A DNA stretch of 48,320 bases, from the NCBI GenBank assembly GCA_937142015.1, contig CAKZQY010000013.1, forward strand, positions 1 to 48,320, read 5' to 3'. This document shows positions 37,972 to 48,229 of this stretch, in pieces. Positions within the stretch are counted from its first letter, which is position 1, and each line of letters opens with the position of its first letter. A program made the translations under genes and the position numbers. The stretch is from an uncultured Halobacteria archaeon. Lineage in GTDB: Archaea; Halobacteriota; Halobacteria; Halobacteriales; Haloferacaceae. Below the pieces are notes generated by a model. It was given only the letters and a program-made list of their open reading frames with translations. It ran no database searches and was not told the DNA's origin.

Positions 37972-39198
37972 ATGCCAGAGACGCAGGCTCCGGCAGCGCC
38001 GGAGGTGCGGGAGTTCGAGGCGACAGTCGACCGCGTCGACGGGAGACGCGTGTGGCTCTCGGAGACGTACTTCTACGCCGAGTCGGGAGGCCAGCCGGCC
38101 GACCGCGGCACTCTCGGCGGCGTCGTCGTCGAGGACGTACAGACGAACCACGAGACAGACGACACGGGAGCGGCCGCTGTCGCTCACCACCTCGCCGAGG
38201 AGCCGTCCTTCGAGGCAGGCGACACGGTGACGGGCGTAATCGACGACGAGTTCCGCACGTACTGTATGCGGTCACACACCGCGAGCCACGTGCTGTACGG
38301 CGCGGGACGGCAGATACTCGACGATGTCGGCTACGGCGGCTTCGACATCGGCACGGAGAAGGTGCGTGTCGACTTCACCACGACCACGGAGATCGACGAC
38401 GAGACACTCGTCGAGCTGGAGCGACTCACCAACCGGGCCGTGTGGGAGTCACGCGACGTCTCGTGGGAGTACCTCTCCACAGAGGAGGCTCGCAGCCGCG
38501 AGGAGGTGGCGTTCAACACGAAGACCGAGGAGGGTGTGATGGCCGACGCCGACACCGTCCGGATCGTCACTGTCGAAGGGTGGGACTGGGCGGCCTGCGG
38601 CGGCACCCACGTCTCGAACACCCGCGAGATCGGTCCCGTGACCGTCAGATCGCGGTCGAACCCCGGCGAGGGGCTGACGCGCGTGGAGTTCTCCGTCGGC
38701 CCGGCGGGGATCGACCGTCGCGCGCAGATCCACGCCAACGCCCGCCGAGCGGCGGCGACGGTGGACGCCAACCTCGACACGCTCCCCGACGAGACGCGTG
38801 CGCTGTCGGACCGCGTGGCCGAGCTGGAGTCCGAACTGGCGTCGATGAGAGAGGACGTGTTGACCGCCGAACTCGCCGACCTCCCGGCGGTCGAGCGCGA
38901 CGGCACGACGTGGCACGTCGGCAGTGTCGACGGCTTCGACCCGAACGACGTGGGCGAGCACGCACAGGAGCTCGTCGGCGACGACGCCGGTGTCGTCGCT
39001 GTCGTCGGCGAGGGTGACGCCCCGTTCGTCGTCGTCGCCACCGACGGTGCTGTCGACGCTGGCGACATCGTCGACGAGGTGACTGACGAGTTCGGCGGCG
39101 GCGGCGGCGGTGGCCCGACGTTCGCACAGGGCGGCGGAATCGGTGCCGACGCCGAGACCGTGCTGGCACACCTGCGTGACGGCGCGGACGACGACTGA
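37972..39198 (+). CDS. alaX: Alanyl-tRNA editing protein AlaX with C-terminal DHHA1 domain
   Basis: TYFYAESGGQPADRG, HTASH and CGGTHV zinc-editing motifs; C-terminal GGGGGGPTFAQGG. Confidence 0.92.
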   Translation: MPETQAPAAPEVREFEATVDRVDGRRVWLSETYFYAESGGQPADRGTLGGVVVEDVQTNHETDDTGAAAVAHHLAEEPSFEAGDTVTGVIDDEFRTYCMRSHTASHVLYGAGRQILDDVGYGGFDIGTEKVRVDFTTTTEIDDETLVELERLTNRAVWESRDVSWEYLSTEEARSREEVAFNTKTEEGVMADADTVRIVTVEGWDWAACGGTHVSNTREIGPVTVRSRSNPGEGLTRVEFSVGPAGIDRRAQIHANARRAAATVDANLDTLPDETRALSDRVAELESELASMREDVLTAELADLPAVERDGTTWHVGSVDGFDPNDVGEHAQELVGDDAGVVAVVGEGDAPFVVVATDGAVDAGDIVDEVTDEFGGGGGGGPTFAQGGGIGADAETVLAHLRDGADDD

Positions 39199-39272
39199 TA
39201 CACCTGCGTGACGGCGCGGACGACGACTGACACGTAGCGAGCGGAACCACTCGACTGCGGGGCGTTCGCTCG

Positions 39273-39379
39273 TACTGTCGGTCACGAGCCGTCGAATGGA
39301 TGACCAGAATAATCGGCTCGAAACGTGTTGGAACCCAGACCGAGACGCAATCGTCTCGAGATACTCGAGACCGACAGGA
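39273..39379. mobile_element. MITE-like element family C (107 bp)
   Basis: TACTGTCGGTCACGAG (39273-39288) / CTCGAGACCGACAGGA (39364-39379), a 14/16 inverted match, between convergent genes and abutting the stop at 39380. Confidence 0.6.
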
Positions 39380-40057
39380 TCACAACAGGTTCAACACGAA
39401 CAGCGTCCACACGGCGAGTCCGACTGCAGGGACAGTGACGACGGCCCAGACCACAGTGCTCCACTCCCGGATCGTGTTGCCGTCGAGTGGGCCGAACGGG
39501 AGCATGTTGAACGCGGCGAGCAGGAGATTCACAGCGAGTCCCCACTGACCGATCTGCGCGACGAGTGGGAGACCGACCACGTCGCCACCGAGCCAGAGGG
39601 GGGTGAACACCACCGCGAGACCGAGATTCACCGCGGGACCGGCGAGCGCGATCAGCCCGTGTTGTCGCTTCGTGATCCGGCCAGTGTGGTGGACTGCACC
39701 CGGCGCGGCGAACAGGAACCCGGCCAGCGCAGAGACGACCGCGAGGAACAACATGCCGTAGTCCGCGCGGAACGCGGCGCGCTGTCCGAACCGGACCGCG
39801 GCGACCTTGTGACCGAGTTCGTGCAGCAGGAAGCCGACACCAGCCGTCACCGCCGAGATACCGAAGATCAACAGCAGCGGGCCGAACGTCCCCGCTCGGA
39901 GCGCGTTGGCGACGAACGGACCGCCGCCGAAGAAGAACACCCCGAAGGCGACGCTCAGCGCCACCCACGCGAGCAGGAAATCGCGGATCTCACGGCCCGA
40001 GAACGTCAACGGCGACGCAGCGGGCTGGTGGGGCTGCTGTACGTCGCCACGGCTCAT
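39380..40057 (-). CDS. Peptidase M50 (site-2 protease) family membrane metalloprotease
   Basis: HELGH, IALAGPAVN and FNMLPFGPLDG motifs. Confidence 0.92.
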   Translation of the reverse strand: MSRGDVQQPHQPAASPLTFSGREIRDFLLAWVALSVAFGVFFFGGGPFVANALRAGTFGPLLLIFGISAVTAGVGFLLHELGHKVAAVRFGQRAAFRADYGMLFLAVVSALAGFLFAAPGAVHHTGRITKRQHGLIALAGPAVNLGLAVVFTPLWLGGDVVGLPLVAQIGQWGLAVNLLLAAFNMLPFGPLDGNTIREWSTVVWAVVTVPAVGLAVWTLFVLNLL

Positions 40058-40196
40058 GTCGGTGTCCTCCTCTCGTCCGTGTCACCACGGTGGTGACCTA
40101 CGGAGTGACACGTAGCTACGACGCGGGACTCGGTGCGCACAGTCACGACGCGGGGCTCGACACACCCGGTCACGACACAACCCTCCATACCTCCAG

Positions 40197-42098
40197 TCAC
40201 GACACGATCCCCCACAGGAGCTCCGCGCTGTTGCGCGCGCCACGGAGCATCAGTTCCGTCACCCCGGCGTCTAGGGAGGCAGAGAAGGCGGGGAGGACGT
40301 ACGTGGCGAACAGGACGCTGGCGATCACGCTCCCGATGTTGGTCATCGCCACGACGAGGATCAGCCGGAACAGCGGCACCTGCAGCATGTCGCCGACGAT
40401 GTCCGGGATCGGTCGTGTCTCGTCGGACAGCAGCTCGTTGAGCGTGCCGATGTCGGAGACGTTGACGGTCAAATGACGGAGTTCCACGTAGCCGGTGAAC
40501 CACCCCGGAGCCAACAGCGGGTTGATCGAGGTCATCCACGCGACGAGTCCGCCGACGCCAGCCGACCGCCAGCGTGCGCCGGCCAGTTTCGCCAGTCCGG
40601 CGGCGAACACGCCGTTGATCAGGAACCACGCGCCGAACAGCCTGAGCAGCTGTGTGTTCCGCACGCCAGCCATCGCCAGCAGAACGAAGAACCCGACGAA
40701 CGCCGCGGTGACGCCGAACCCGACGATCTTCCCCCACGGGATGCCGCTGGAGTCCGCCGTGCCGGTCAACGACTCCATCGGTGGCAGCGACCGAGGGTCG
40801 CGGAGGTACGACTCCACGCCCTCGCGGTGACCCGCGCCGAGGATCGCAACCACGTCGTACCCCTCCTCACGGAGGTTGACCAGCCGGTGGGCGATGAACG
40901 CGTCCCGCTCGTCGATCAGCGCCGCCGCGCCGCCGGGGGAGAACGCGCGAAACTCCTCCATCATCGCCGACACCACGTCGCCGTCTGTGAGTTCCTCCGG
41001 ATCTAGCTCCGCGAACGCCTCGTCTGTCTCCGAGCCTGCGTCGTCTGCGAGTCCGATTCCGAGCGCGCTCACGAGGACGCCGGTCACCGTCCCGACCGTC
41101 ACCCCGGCGACGAGACCGAGTGTGAGCGAGCCGACCGCGCCGACGAGGAAGTTCGAGAGCGTGCCGGTGACGAGTTCGACACCGACGCCGGAGACGGCGA
41201 CGAACACGCCGGCACCGACGCCGGCGACCAGTCCGGCGAGTAGGTCGTCGTCGGACGCGACGGGGAGCGGGAGACTGTCGGCGACGGCGGCAGTAACCTC
41301 GACTGCGAGGTAACCGACGACGGCGGTCGCAATCGCCGCCGTGGCAGCGACACCGAGTACGGGCTGCGTGATTCCGACAGCACCGCCGAACAGCCCGATC
41401 AGCGGGCCGAGTAGGACACCGACCGCGAGGCCGAAGGTGACACCTGCGACGCGGGGGTCGGTGACGCCGAACGCGAGTCCGCCGACCATCCGGAACTTCT
41501 CGACCAGCGACAGCCGCGCCCAGAACCGCTGGATCGTGGTCTGGATCTCTCGGTCGACGAGTGCGACCCCGAGACCGAGCTCCTCGGCGGTCTCGATGGC
41601 TGCCAGCTGTTCTGCGCCGGGCTCGACGTCGAACCGCTCGCCGAGTCTCGTCTGCACGTACGACAGCATCCAGTAGGCGAGAAACTGGAAGACGGTGTTG
41701 CCGCCCAACAGATCGCCCGGCTCCAAGTCGTCCGGGGTCTCACCGCGCATCTGGCGGTAACGCCCCTCGTCTAACTCGACGGCGACTACGTCCGGCCGGC
41801 GCGCCGTGATCGTCTCTTCGACTTCCGTAACCGACGCTTCCGAGACGTGTGCCGTCCCGACGACCTCGACACTCCCCTGCCCCTTCGGGTTGGAGGGTGT
41901 CGGCGCTGGCGGCGCGTCTGGCGGAACGTGTGCGTCCGCCGTAGACGAGTCTGACGTGGTGTCCGCGTCTGGCGGAGTCTGTGTGTCTGACGTGGTGTCC
42001 GCGTCTGGCGGAGTCTGTGTGTCTGACGCGGCGTCCGTGTCTGGAGGACTCGTGTCGGTGTCGGAGACGGGTGGGGTCTCCGGTGACCCGTCGCTCAT
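40197..42098 (-). CDS. TraB/GumN (PrgY-like) family protein
   Basis: VVGTAHVS, PDVVAVELD, LVDREIQTT, LIDERDAF and ILGAGH motifs; C-terminal TM region. Confidence 0.9.
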   Translation of the reverse strand: MSDGSPETPPVSDTDTSPPDTDAASDTQTPPDADTTSDTQTPPDADTTSDSSTADAHVPPDAPPAPTPSNPKGQGSVEVVGTAHVSEASVTEVEETITARRPDVVAVELDEGRYRQMRGETPDDLEPGDLLGGNTVFQFLAYWMLSYVQTRLGERFDVEPGAEQLAAIETAEELGLGVALVDREIQTTIQRFWARLSLVEKFRMVGGLAFGVTDPRVAGVTFGLAVGVLLGPLIGLFGGAVGITQPVLGVAATAAIATAVVGYLAVEVTAAVADSLPLPVASDDDLLAGLVAGVGAGVFVAVSGVGVELVTGTLSNFLVGAVGSLTLGLVAGVTVGTVTGVLVSALGIGLADDAGSETDEAFAELDPEELTDGDVVSAMMEEFRAFSPGGAAALIDERDAFIAHRLVNLREEGYDVVAILGAGHREGVESYLRDPRSLPPMESLTGTADSSGIPWGKIVGFGVTAAFVGFFVLLAMAGVRNTQLLRLFGAWFLINGVFAAGLAKLAGARWRSAGVGGLVAWMTSINPLLAPGWFTGYVELRHLTVNVSDIGTLNELLSDETRPIPDIVGDMLQVPLFRLILVVAMTNIGSVIASVLFATYVLPAFSASLDAGVTELMLRGARNSAELLWGIVS

Positions 42099-42199
42099 CG
42101 CCTCACCTTACCCTGTGGCCGGGTTTACGCGTTTCGAGACGATCACTACCGGTCGTTCGATCGGTCGCGTCCCAGAGCGGTCACAGTTCTGTGACGGTT

Positions 42200-42247
42200 T
42201 ACCGCCCGATACCGCGAAAGTCGCGGACAGTCACTACGCACGACCGT
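42200..42247. repeat. Partial inverted copy of family B element
   Basis: TACCGCCCGATACCGCGAAAGTCGC...TCACTACGCACGACCGT matches the reverse complement of about 23484-23531. Confidence 0.75.
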
Positions 42248-42364
42248 GTGAGACGCTTTCAGCACGCGAACACCGAGAAGTACTGTCGACAACCGTAGAC
42301 GGGCTGCAAAGTCTAACTGGTCTCGAGACGCGATCCACTTCTCTCGAACGACACAGCGACAACG

Positions 42365-45300
42365 TCACTCGACGAGCGCGTCGGCGACGAGTTCCACCGG
42401 GTGTGGAGGCGTCTCGTCAGTCTCCACACGGTCGCCGAGTTGCGTCCGGCAGGAGGCACCCGGCGCGGTCACGACCTCTCCGTCGCTGTCGTGGAGTTGA
42501 CCCACCAGAATGTCCGCGACAGACTGACTCAGCGAGTAGTGTTCACGCTCGTAGCCGAACGAGCCAGCCATGCCGCAACACGTCGAGTCCAGCGGGTCGA
42601 CCCCGTACCCCGCGCGTCGGAGCACGCCGACCGCGTGGTGGTCTTTCGCGGTCGCCTTCTGGTGGCAGTGGCCGTGGTACGTCACCGACACCTCCGGCGC
42701 GTCGAACTGGAGGCGGTCGTCCAGACGACGGCTGTCGACGTACTCCAGGACGCCGTAGGCGTTGTCTGCGACCAGCGTCACGTCGCTGTCCGTCGAGCCG
42801 TGGAGGTCCGTGAGATCACTCTGGAGCATCACCGCCTCACTCGGCTCGACGACGACCGCCGACGCTCCCTCGCGGATGCGGGGTACGAGCTCTTCGACGG
42901 CCGCTCGACTCCGCTCGCGGGCGCGGTCGAGGAACCCCAACGAGTGGGCTGCGCGTCCGGTGTCCTCCGTCGCGGCGAGTTCCACACGCACGTCTGCGGC
43001 CTCCAACAGCCGCACGGCCGCCTTCCCCGCCGACGGTCGCGTGTAGTTCGTGTACGTGTCCGGCAGGAGCACCGCCGTCCGCTCGGCAGCCGCGGGCGAG
43101 ACCGCCGACCCGCCGCGGGCTTCGAACCAGTCCCGAAGCGTCTTGCGTCGGAACGTCGGCAGGTCACGCTCGGCAGCGACGCCGACCAGTCGCTTGCCGA
43201 GATCCGAGACGACCGGCAGCCGGTCCGCGAGGTTCGACAGCGGCGCGAGCGCACTCCCGACACGCGCGACCGTGTTCACCTCGGCGAACAACTGATCTCG
43301 AATCTCCGTCGGGTCGAGGAACCGTCGGAGACCGTCCGACTCGGCCGTCTGCTCGCGGTGTTCGTGTAACACCTCGGCTTTCAGCTTCGCCATGTCCACG
43401 CCGCTGGGACAGTCCATCTTACACCCCTTGCAGCCGACACAGAGATCCAACACCTCCGAGCGGAACTGGTCACCGAACGGGTCGTCTGGGAGATCGCCCG
43501 ACATCGCCTGTCGGAGCGCGTTCGCCCGGCCGCGCGTCGACTGGATCTCCTCGTCGACCGCGCGGTACGTCGGACACATCACGCCGCCGGTCGTCGACTG
43601 CTCGCCGCGACAGCCGCCACAGCCGTGACACAACTCGACCATCCCCTGAAAGCCGTTCTCGGTTTCCCACGCCAGCTCCGGGTCGAATCCCGGATCGAAC
43701 TCGTAGTCCGGATCGAACCGCAGGTTCTCCGTCGGGTCGTGGTCGCCACACACCGTCCCGGGGTTCAACAGCCAGTCCGGGTCGAACGCGGTCTTCAAGC
43801 TCTGGAACCGCTCGAACAGGCGGTCGCCGTACAGCTTCCGATTCCACACAGTTCGCGCCCGACCGTCGCCGTGTTCGCCCGACACGGACCCGCCGAGTGA
43901 GACGACGAGATCCGTCACACGGTCCGCGATCTCCCGCAGTTGCTCGACACCCTCGACCGTCTTCGTGTCGATCAGCGGCCTGACGTGGAGGACTCCCGGC
44001 CCCGCGTGAGCGTAGAAGGAGGCGAACGTGCCCGTGTCCGAGAGAATCTCCTCGAATCCCGCGACGTACTCCGGGAGGTGTTCCGGCGGCACCGCACAGT
44101 CCTCGATGAAGGAGATGTGCTTCTCGTCGGAGGTGCGCCCGAGCAGAATCGGCAGTCCCGACTTCCGCATCTTCCAGAACGTCGCCCGCCGCTCCGGGTC
44201 GTGTGCCTCTAACGCGTCGTCTGCGCGAACTGACGCGTCGGTCACTGTGTCCGAAGTCGTCTCCATTTCCTCATCGGCGTCTGGCAGTCGGTCGGCGAGT
44301 TCGGCGTCGGGCAGTCGGTCGACGAGTTCGGACTCTGGCAGTCGGTCGGCGAGTTCGGCGTCGGGCAGCCGGTCGGCGAGCAGACGGGCGACAGCCTCGC
44401 GGCCCGCCTCGTCGTTCTCGGCGTAGAACTCGACCAGCAGCACGGAGTCAGTCTCCTCGGGGAGCAGCCCGACGACCTCCGCGAACTCGGGTGTGTCGCG
44501 CGCCAGATCCAACAACACGTCGTCCATCACCTCGACGGCCGCGGGGTCGTGTTCGAGAATCGGCTCGACGTCCGCCATCGCCGTCTGCAGCGAGTCGTAG
44601 GTGAGCAGCGCGACGGCCTTCGTCTCCGGGATCGGCTCCAGTGACACCGTCGCCTCGGTGACGACCGCGAGGGTTCCCTCGCTCCCGGCGAGCAGTCGCG
44701 CGAGGTTGACGATCCCAGCCTCGCCGTACGCACCGTCCGCCTCCGCGACGAGTCGGTCGAGGTTGTAGCCGGAGACGTTCCGCTTCAGCTGCGGGAATCG
44801 GTCTCTGATCTCCGACCGCTCTTCGTCCAGCATCGCCGCCACCTCGGTGTACACCCGCTCCAGCGTCGACCCCTCGGGGTCCGCCTCGGCACGAATCGTC
44901 TCGACGGACACCTCCCCGAGTCGGTCGACGGTGCCGTCCGCGAAGACGACCTCACACGACTCGACGTAGTGGTCCGTCTTCCCGTACTCCAGCGAGTGTG
45001 AGCCGGTGGAGTTGTTCCCGATTGCGCCGCCGATTGCAGACTTGTCACCCCACGCGGGGTCGGGCGCGAACTTGAGCCCGTGTGGCTCCAGCGCCTCGTT
45101 CAGCGTCCCCAGCAGACAGCCCGCTTGGACTGTTGCCGTCTGTGCCTCGGGGTCGATCTCGAGGACGCCGTCTACGTGTCGCGTGAAGTCGAGCACGACA
45201 GCCTCGTTGACCGTCTGGCCCGCCAGCGACGTGCCGCCGCCGCGCGGGAGCACCGGAATCCCGCGGTCCGCGCAGTAGCTGACCACCGCCGCCACGTCGT

Positions 45301-45526
45301 CGGTGTGAGCCGGCAACACTACGCCGACCGGCGTGACCTCGTACGCCGAGGCGTCTGTCGCGTACAACTGCCGCGTGTACGTGTCGAACCGCACCTCGCC
45401 GACGACTCGTTCCTCTAAGTCCGCGAGCAGTCCGGGGCGTGCGACCTCGTCTGCTGCGTAGTCGAACGTCGCTGCTGGGTCGTCGTCCACCCGTGACTCC
45501 TCGGCAGCCTCGCGTTCGCGCGTCAC
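42365..45526 (-). CDS. FAD-binding and (Fe-S)-binding oxidoreductase (GlcD/GlcF-type fusion, D-2-hydroxyacid dehydrogenase-like)
   Basis: LYATDASAY, PRGGGTSLAGQ, GSEGTL, SGEHGDG, CHGCGGC, CVGCKGC..DCP and CCGMAGSFG motifs. Confidence 0.92.
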   Translation of the reverse strand: MTREREAAEESRVDDDPAATFDYAADEVARPGLLADLEERVVGEVRFDTYTRQLYATDASAYEVTPVGVVLPAHTDDVAAVVSYCADRGIPVLPRGGGTSLAGQTVNEAVVLDFTRHVDGVLEIDPEAQTATVQAGCLLGTLNEALEPHGLKFAPDPAWGDKSAIGGAIGNNSTGSHSLEYGKTDHYVESCEVVFADGTVDRLGEVSVETIRAEADPEGSTLERVYTEVAAMLDEERSEIRDRFPQLKRNVSGYNLDRLVAEADGAYGEAGIVNLARLLAGSEGTLAVVTEATVSLEPIPETKAVALLTYDSLQTAMADVEPILEHDPAAVEVMDDVLLDLARDTPEFAEVVGLLPEETDSVLLVEFYAENDEAGREAVARLLADRLPDAELADRLPESELVDRLPDAELADRLPDADEEMETTSDTVTDASVRADDALEAHDPERRATFWKMRKSGLPILLGRTSDEKHISFIEDCAVPPEHLPEYVAGFEEILSDTGTFASFYAHAGPGVLHVRPLIDTKTVEGVEQLREIADRVTDLVVSLGGSVSGEHGDGRARTVWNRKLYGDRLFERFQSLKTAFDPDWLLNPGTVCGDHDPTENLRFDPDYEFDPGFDPELAWETENGFQGMVELCHGCGGCRGEQSTTGGVMCPTYRAVDEEIQSTRGRANALRQAMSGDLPDDPFGDQFRSEVLDLCVGCKGCKMDCPSGVDMAKLKAEVLHEHREQTAESDGLRRFLDPTEIRDQLFAEVNTVARVGSALAPLSNLADRLPVVSDLGKRLVGVAAERDLPTFRRKTLRDWFEARGGSAVSPAAAERTAVLLPDTYTNYTRPSAGKAAVRLLEAADVRVELAATEDTGRAAHSLGFLDRARERSRAAVEELVPRIREGASAVVVEPSEAVMLQSDLTDLHGSTDSDVTLVADNAYGVLEYVDSRRLDDRLQFDAPEVSVTYHGHCHQKATAKDHHAVGVLRRAGYGVDPLDSTCCGMAGSFGYEREHYSLSQSVADILVGQLHDSDGEVVTAPGASCRTQLGDRVETDETPPHPVELVADALVE

Positions 45527-45918
45527 GTCCGTCGCTTGCCCCGCTCGGGGTTAAGTAGCAGGGTGGCGGGGTTCGACAGCCAGCCTGTCCACAACTCGGT
45601 GAACGTCTCGTTTCAGATAGAACAGCCGGCGGTGGTGGATGGTGATGATAGGCCGTCCACTGCACAGGCTGTGCTCTCTGTCCGGAGAGCACAATTGGTA
45701 GGGGAGCATAGACACTACGTGGCCTGTGACTCTCAATATTATATTTCGTAGTGGTTCAGATAGATAGCTTCCCCTAGAGTCTTTAGCTCACTTGCACGAC
45801 TGTGTGAAGACCACCGATTCCCTCGTACAGTGTTGGAAGGGGTCCTCCCCGGTCACACCCAGACTCCACTACGACACGTCGGATGGGAAGCAAACAACAG
45901 CACCCACTACGAGCTACA

Positions 45919-47643
45919 ATGAAAATCGACACAATTCAGGTGAACGAGTTCTCGACACAAGAAGAGTACCCCGGCGTCACTACTGAGCCTAACGGCGAGA
46001 CACGGCTGCTCTACGGCCCGAACGTGAGCGGTAAGACAGTGACCTTCTCGGCCATCGCTCACGCCACTGTCCACGATGCGATGGGTTTCAACCCAGGAGC
46101 CGGCTCGAGCATCGACGTGCAGTTCACCGACGGAACTCACCTGCACCGCGGCTATCCAGAGACGACGTTCGAGACGGGCGGTCACGACACCGAGTCGGAG
46201 AACGTGCAAACACGGATGGACCAGGTACTCGGACCGCGTCCGATCTTAGAGGCGTACTTTGTCCACTCGGACCACGAGAAGCTTCCGCTGACCGCCTTCG
46301 ATACTGAGCGGACGCTCGACCTCGTGCGCTCGGTAACTGTCCAAGACGTGCAAGGGAAGATTTCGACGTTGCGGGAGAAACAGCACGAGCGCGAACGTGA
46401 GCTCACAACAGTGAGGGGGAAGCGAGAAGAAACCGAATCGCGGATCGAGTCACACAACGCGGAAATTGAAGAGATCGACAGCGAACGCGAGACCGCAGAG
46501 AAGATTGTCAGACTCGGCAACACCGGTCAGCTGGAGCAGATCGGAGACGCACTCGACAGACGCGACGAAGTCGCAGCAGAACTCGAGGAACTGTTTGCGA
46601 AACGCGAAGAAGTCGAATCGAAGCTACGAGAAGTGTCCGAGCGTCACGAAGACATAAAGAACGCACTCGCCGATCCGGGGTCGCAGGTTCTCGATGCAGT
46701 CTCTGACGAGACCTGTCCAGTCTGTGAACAGACCGTTCCGGAAGCTTCTGCCAGCGAGCGACTCGAAGAGGGCGAATGTCCTCTCTGTGGACTCGACAGG
46801 TCGATCAACTCCTACCGTGACCAGTTCGTCCAAGAGAAGCAGGACGCCCATGGACAGATCGACGACGTACGCGAGCAAAAGGAGGAGCTAGAGGCACGGC
46901 TCGAGGAGCTCGACACTGAGATCGAAGAGACACGCTCGGAGAGGCCAGAGCTGTCGGAATTCGACGCCGAGACAATGCGGCGGTTAGAGGAACACGATCG
47001 TGAACTGGCTGCCGTCGTCGCCGCCGCTCGCAAGGAACGCGACAATGCAAAAAAGCGTCTAGATCGAAAGCGCAACGAACGCGACCGGACCGAGGAGCGG
47101 CGCGAGGAGTATCAGCGACGCGAGAAGGAAATCGGCGACAAGATTCGTGACCTGAAAACCAAGATCAGTAAACGTCAAAAAGAGGCGAGAGACGGAGTCG
47201 AAGCGTTCACCCAAATCTGGCGGAACGTCCTCGAGGAGATGAGCGGAACCATCAGACGCGAAATCGAGATCAGGTCCGAGGAAGGTGTTGTCGCCGGAGG
47301 GGACCCGGAGCGTGTGTACAATAGGGAGAAAAACAATCTGAGCCAAGCAGAGGAGCAACTCCTGAACCTCTCGTTCGTGGTTGCAGTCAACGAAGCGGTC
47401 GACTCGGACAGGGCAGCCTTCGACACGCTGTTTCTGGACGAGCCGCTCGCACGCTTCGACGAAACCGTCCGTGACGAGGTTCTGGGCTTCATTCTGAACG
47501 ACGACACCCGACAGTACATTTTCACGTCCTCTGACGAGGCTGTCTCCGAGCAGGTCCCCGACACGATGCAACAGCGGCTTGAAAAGAACGACGACGCACA
47601 GTGGGAGCTCGGAGATCTCGAAGGGAAATCAAGCAAGGAGTAA
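45919..47643 (+). CDS. Rad50/SbcC/SMC-like coiled-coil ATPase with double CxxC zinc hook
   Basis: Walker A YGPNVSGKT, long coiled coils around CPVC...CPLC, signature-like LSQAE, Walker B LFLDEP; lower GC than flanks. Confidence 0.85.
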   Translation: MKIDTIQVNEFSTQEEYPGVTTEPNGETRLLYGPNVSGKTVTFSAIAHATVHDAMGFNPGAGSSIDVQFTDGTHLHRGYPETTFETGGHDTESENVQTRMDQVLGPRPILEAYFVHSDHEKLPLTAFDTERTLDLVRSVTVQDVQGKISTLREKQHERERELTTVRGKREETESRIESHNAEIEEIDSERETAEKIVRLGNTGQLEQIGDALDRRDEVAAELEELFAKREEVESKLREVSERHEDIKNALADPGSQVLDAVSDETCPVCEQTVPEASASERLEEGECPLCGLDRSINSYRDQFVQEKQDAHGQIDDVREQKEELEARLEELDTEIEETRSERPELSEFDAETMRRLEEHDRELAAVVAAARKERDNAKKRLDRKRNERDRTEERREEYQRREKEIGDKIRDLKTKISKRQKEARDGVEAFTQIWRNVLEEMSGTIRREIEIRSEEGVVAGGDPERVYNREKNNLSQAEEQLLNLSFVVAVNEAVDSDRAAFDTLFLDEPLARFDETVRDEVLGFILNDDTRQYIFTSSDEAVSEQVPDTMQQRLEKNDDAQWELGDLEGKSSKE

Positions 47644-48014
47644 GAGTCTCTCTGAATTGTCGCTCTCGCAGAGTCAACACCGGGTCAGACGAACTAGTGG
47701 TGTGACACGAGTCGACAGAAGGCTGCGAGGTCGAGTTCGGTGACTCCGGTCAAGAGCTGCTCGGCAGATATGCTGTGGTTCCGTCCGAGTGCAATGAAAT
47801 AACTGAGCACGTCAGTTGTCGAGACCGTCTCTGTGTCAGGAATCTAAATGTCGTCAAGGATTGAGCGCCGCCCCGTCCCTCAGCGTAATGAAGACTCGCC
47901 GTGCGAGGCGGCACCGACGACTGTCCCGAAGCTGTGCTGGTCGGGAAGAACTCGGCGTCGTCAACCCCAATCACGCCTGTACTCGGAGTTCTGTGGACAC
48001 GAGACGGATACGTA

Positions 48015-48149
48015 TCACTCGCTGCGTCGTGAGAGGCAGTCACAACTGCGTGCGGCATCGGTCGGGAGCGCGACCACAACAGTCGCCTCTCCCTCCGCGT
48101 GCGGACAGTCGATCCGGTGGTACGATCCGTCGTGAGACTGTGCGAACAT
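48015..48149 (-). CDS. Putative small His/Cys-motif protein (44 aa)
   Basis: MFAQSHDGSYHRIDCPHAEGEATVVVALPTDAARSCDCLSRRSE; HxxxC...CxC pattern; short, so uncertain. Confidence 0.4.
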   Translation of the reverse strand: MFAQSHDGSYHRIDCPHAEGEATVVVALPTDAARSCDCLSRRSE

Positions 48150-48229
48150 CCATCCGTAATTCGAACTGTAGACACAATACTCTTCGGCTTTGGACCAGAG
48201 CGTGGGAAGAGTCGACACGGACGACGAGT

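Noticed and set aside
40197-42098. TraB as evidence of conjugation
   Set aside because: The TraB/GumN family is not a transfer-apparatus component; it commonly sits beside the M50 protease in archaea, and no T4SS genes are present
42281-42364. Possible fourth small element starting TACTGTCGAC
   Set aside because: Only 8 bp shared with family C and no convincing partner TIR
45919-47643. Calling the ATPase canonical Rad50 or a complete Lamassu/Wadjet system
   Set aside because: Short for archaeal Rad50, motifs are atypical, and no mre11, effector or kleisin gene is visible
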